From Mobula hypostoma (Eukaryota): a stretch of DNA of 64,000 nucleotides. Position 1 is the first letter of the stretch, and every line of letters begins with the position of its first letter. Of the stretch, positions 62,890 through 64,000 are shown piece by piece. The DNA lies in the NCBI RefSeq assembly GCF_963921235.1, contig NC_086097.1, positions 166,162,001 to 166,226,000 on the forward strand. The letters run 5' to 3'. Under the pieces are notes generated by a model. The model had not been told where the DNA came from. It made no database searches and saw only the letters and a list, made by a program, of their open reading frames with translations. Both the position numbers and the translations under genes were made by a program.

Positions 62890-63887
62890 TGAAGAGGACT
62901 GCAGTAGTGATAGAAGGTTCCATAGTTAGAGGAATTGAGACAAGATTGTGTGGCTTTCCAGGTGCCAGGTTCAGGGATGTCTTGGATCAGGTCCACGGCA
63001 TTCTGAAGGGGAAGGGGGAGTGGCCAGAAGTCTGCGTAGATATTGGCACCAATGACATAGAAGGAAAGGCGAGGGGGTCCTGGAGAGAGATATCAGGAAG
63101 CTAGGTAGAAAGCAGCAATGCAGGACCACCAGAGTAATCTCTGGATTGCTGCCTGAGCCATGCACCAGTGAGGGTAAGAATAGAAGCATTTGTCAGGTAA
63201 ATGCGTGACTGAGGAACTGTTGCATGGGGCAGGGGTATGATCTGTCACACCTGAACCTGAGGGGGACGGATATCCTTGTGGGCAGGTTTGCTAGAGCTGT
63301 TCAGGAGCGTTTAGTTGATTTGGCAAGGGATGTGAAATGGAATGATAGGGCTGAGTATGAGGCAGCTGGTTTACCTCAGAGGCGATGTGTAGTGAGACTG
63401 CTAGCAAGGATGGGCAAAATTGCAGTCAGTGGGATGAGTTATAATGTAAAATGGGGACAAAATTGCAAAAGGGTGATGAATACAGTACTCACGGTGTTAT
63501 AGTTGAATCAGGTTGATGAACGTGTAGCACAGTTAGTGATTGACAGGTATGGCGCTGAGGGCATTACTGAGGTGTGGCTGAGGGAAGATTATAGCTGGGA
63601 GCTTAACATCCAAGGATTCACATTGTATCAAAAGGACAGGCAGGTTGGCAGAGAGGGTTGGTAAAACATGAAAGGTGTAGAATCCTTGTGAGTAGAGCTA
63701 GAAACTAAAGCGTAAAAAGACCCTGATGGGAGTTAAGGACAGGCCTGTGAACAGTAGCAAAGATGTGGGTTATAAATTACATCAAGAGACAGAAAAGGCA
63801 TGTCAAAGGGGCAATGTTATTAGGGGATTTCGATATGCAGGCAGATTAGGAAAATAAGGTTGATGCTGGATCCCAAGAGGGGGAACT
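62890..63887 (+). mobile_element. Degenerate CR1 5' portion (esterase ORF1 and start of APE)
   Basis: IEGSIVRG...DIGTND (62907-63104), HLNLRGTDILVGRF (63224-63502), ITEVW and GDF remnants. Confidence 0.82.
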
Positions 63888-64000
63888 TGTAGTAGTAGTA
63901 GTAGTAGTAGTCATAGTCATACTTTATTGATCCCGGGGGAAATTGGTTTTCGTTACAGTTGCACCATAAATAATTAAATAGTAATAAAACCATAAATAGT
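63888..64000 (-). mobile_element. Rex1/Babar-type 3' end with (TGACTA)n then (CTA)n tail; runs off the window end
   Basis: Near-identical to 7785-7875. Confidence 0.88.

Overview
Eukaryotic, repeat-saturated non-genic DNA. The repeat mix (abundant CR1 LINEs with an SGNH-esterase ORF1, V-SINE/HE1-like SINEs, Penelope, Rex1/Babar, L2, RTE, Hero-like and Ty3/Gypsy elements) suggests a cartilaginous fish such as a shark or ray; this is inference from repeat content only. I could not identify any host protein-coding gene, RNA gene or CRISPR array. Most of the window is a nested stack of retroelements whose junctions and target-site duplications (TSDs) can often be read directly. Highlights: (1) a minimal type-I hammerhead ribozyme in a Penelope terminus (1371-1408); (2) one uninterrupted CR1 ORF2 (13286-16261); (3) a 5'-inverted L1-clade insertion with a 16-bp TSD (16570-17939); (4) several more inverted or templated micro-insertions from other retroelement clades; (5) a PNMA-type-gag Gypsy whose two ends share no LTR sequence. 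Family names come from motif recognition, not database searches, and boundaries without a TSD are approximate.
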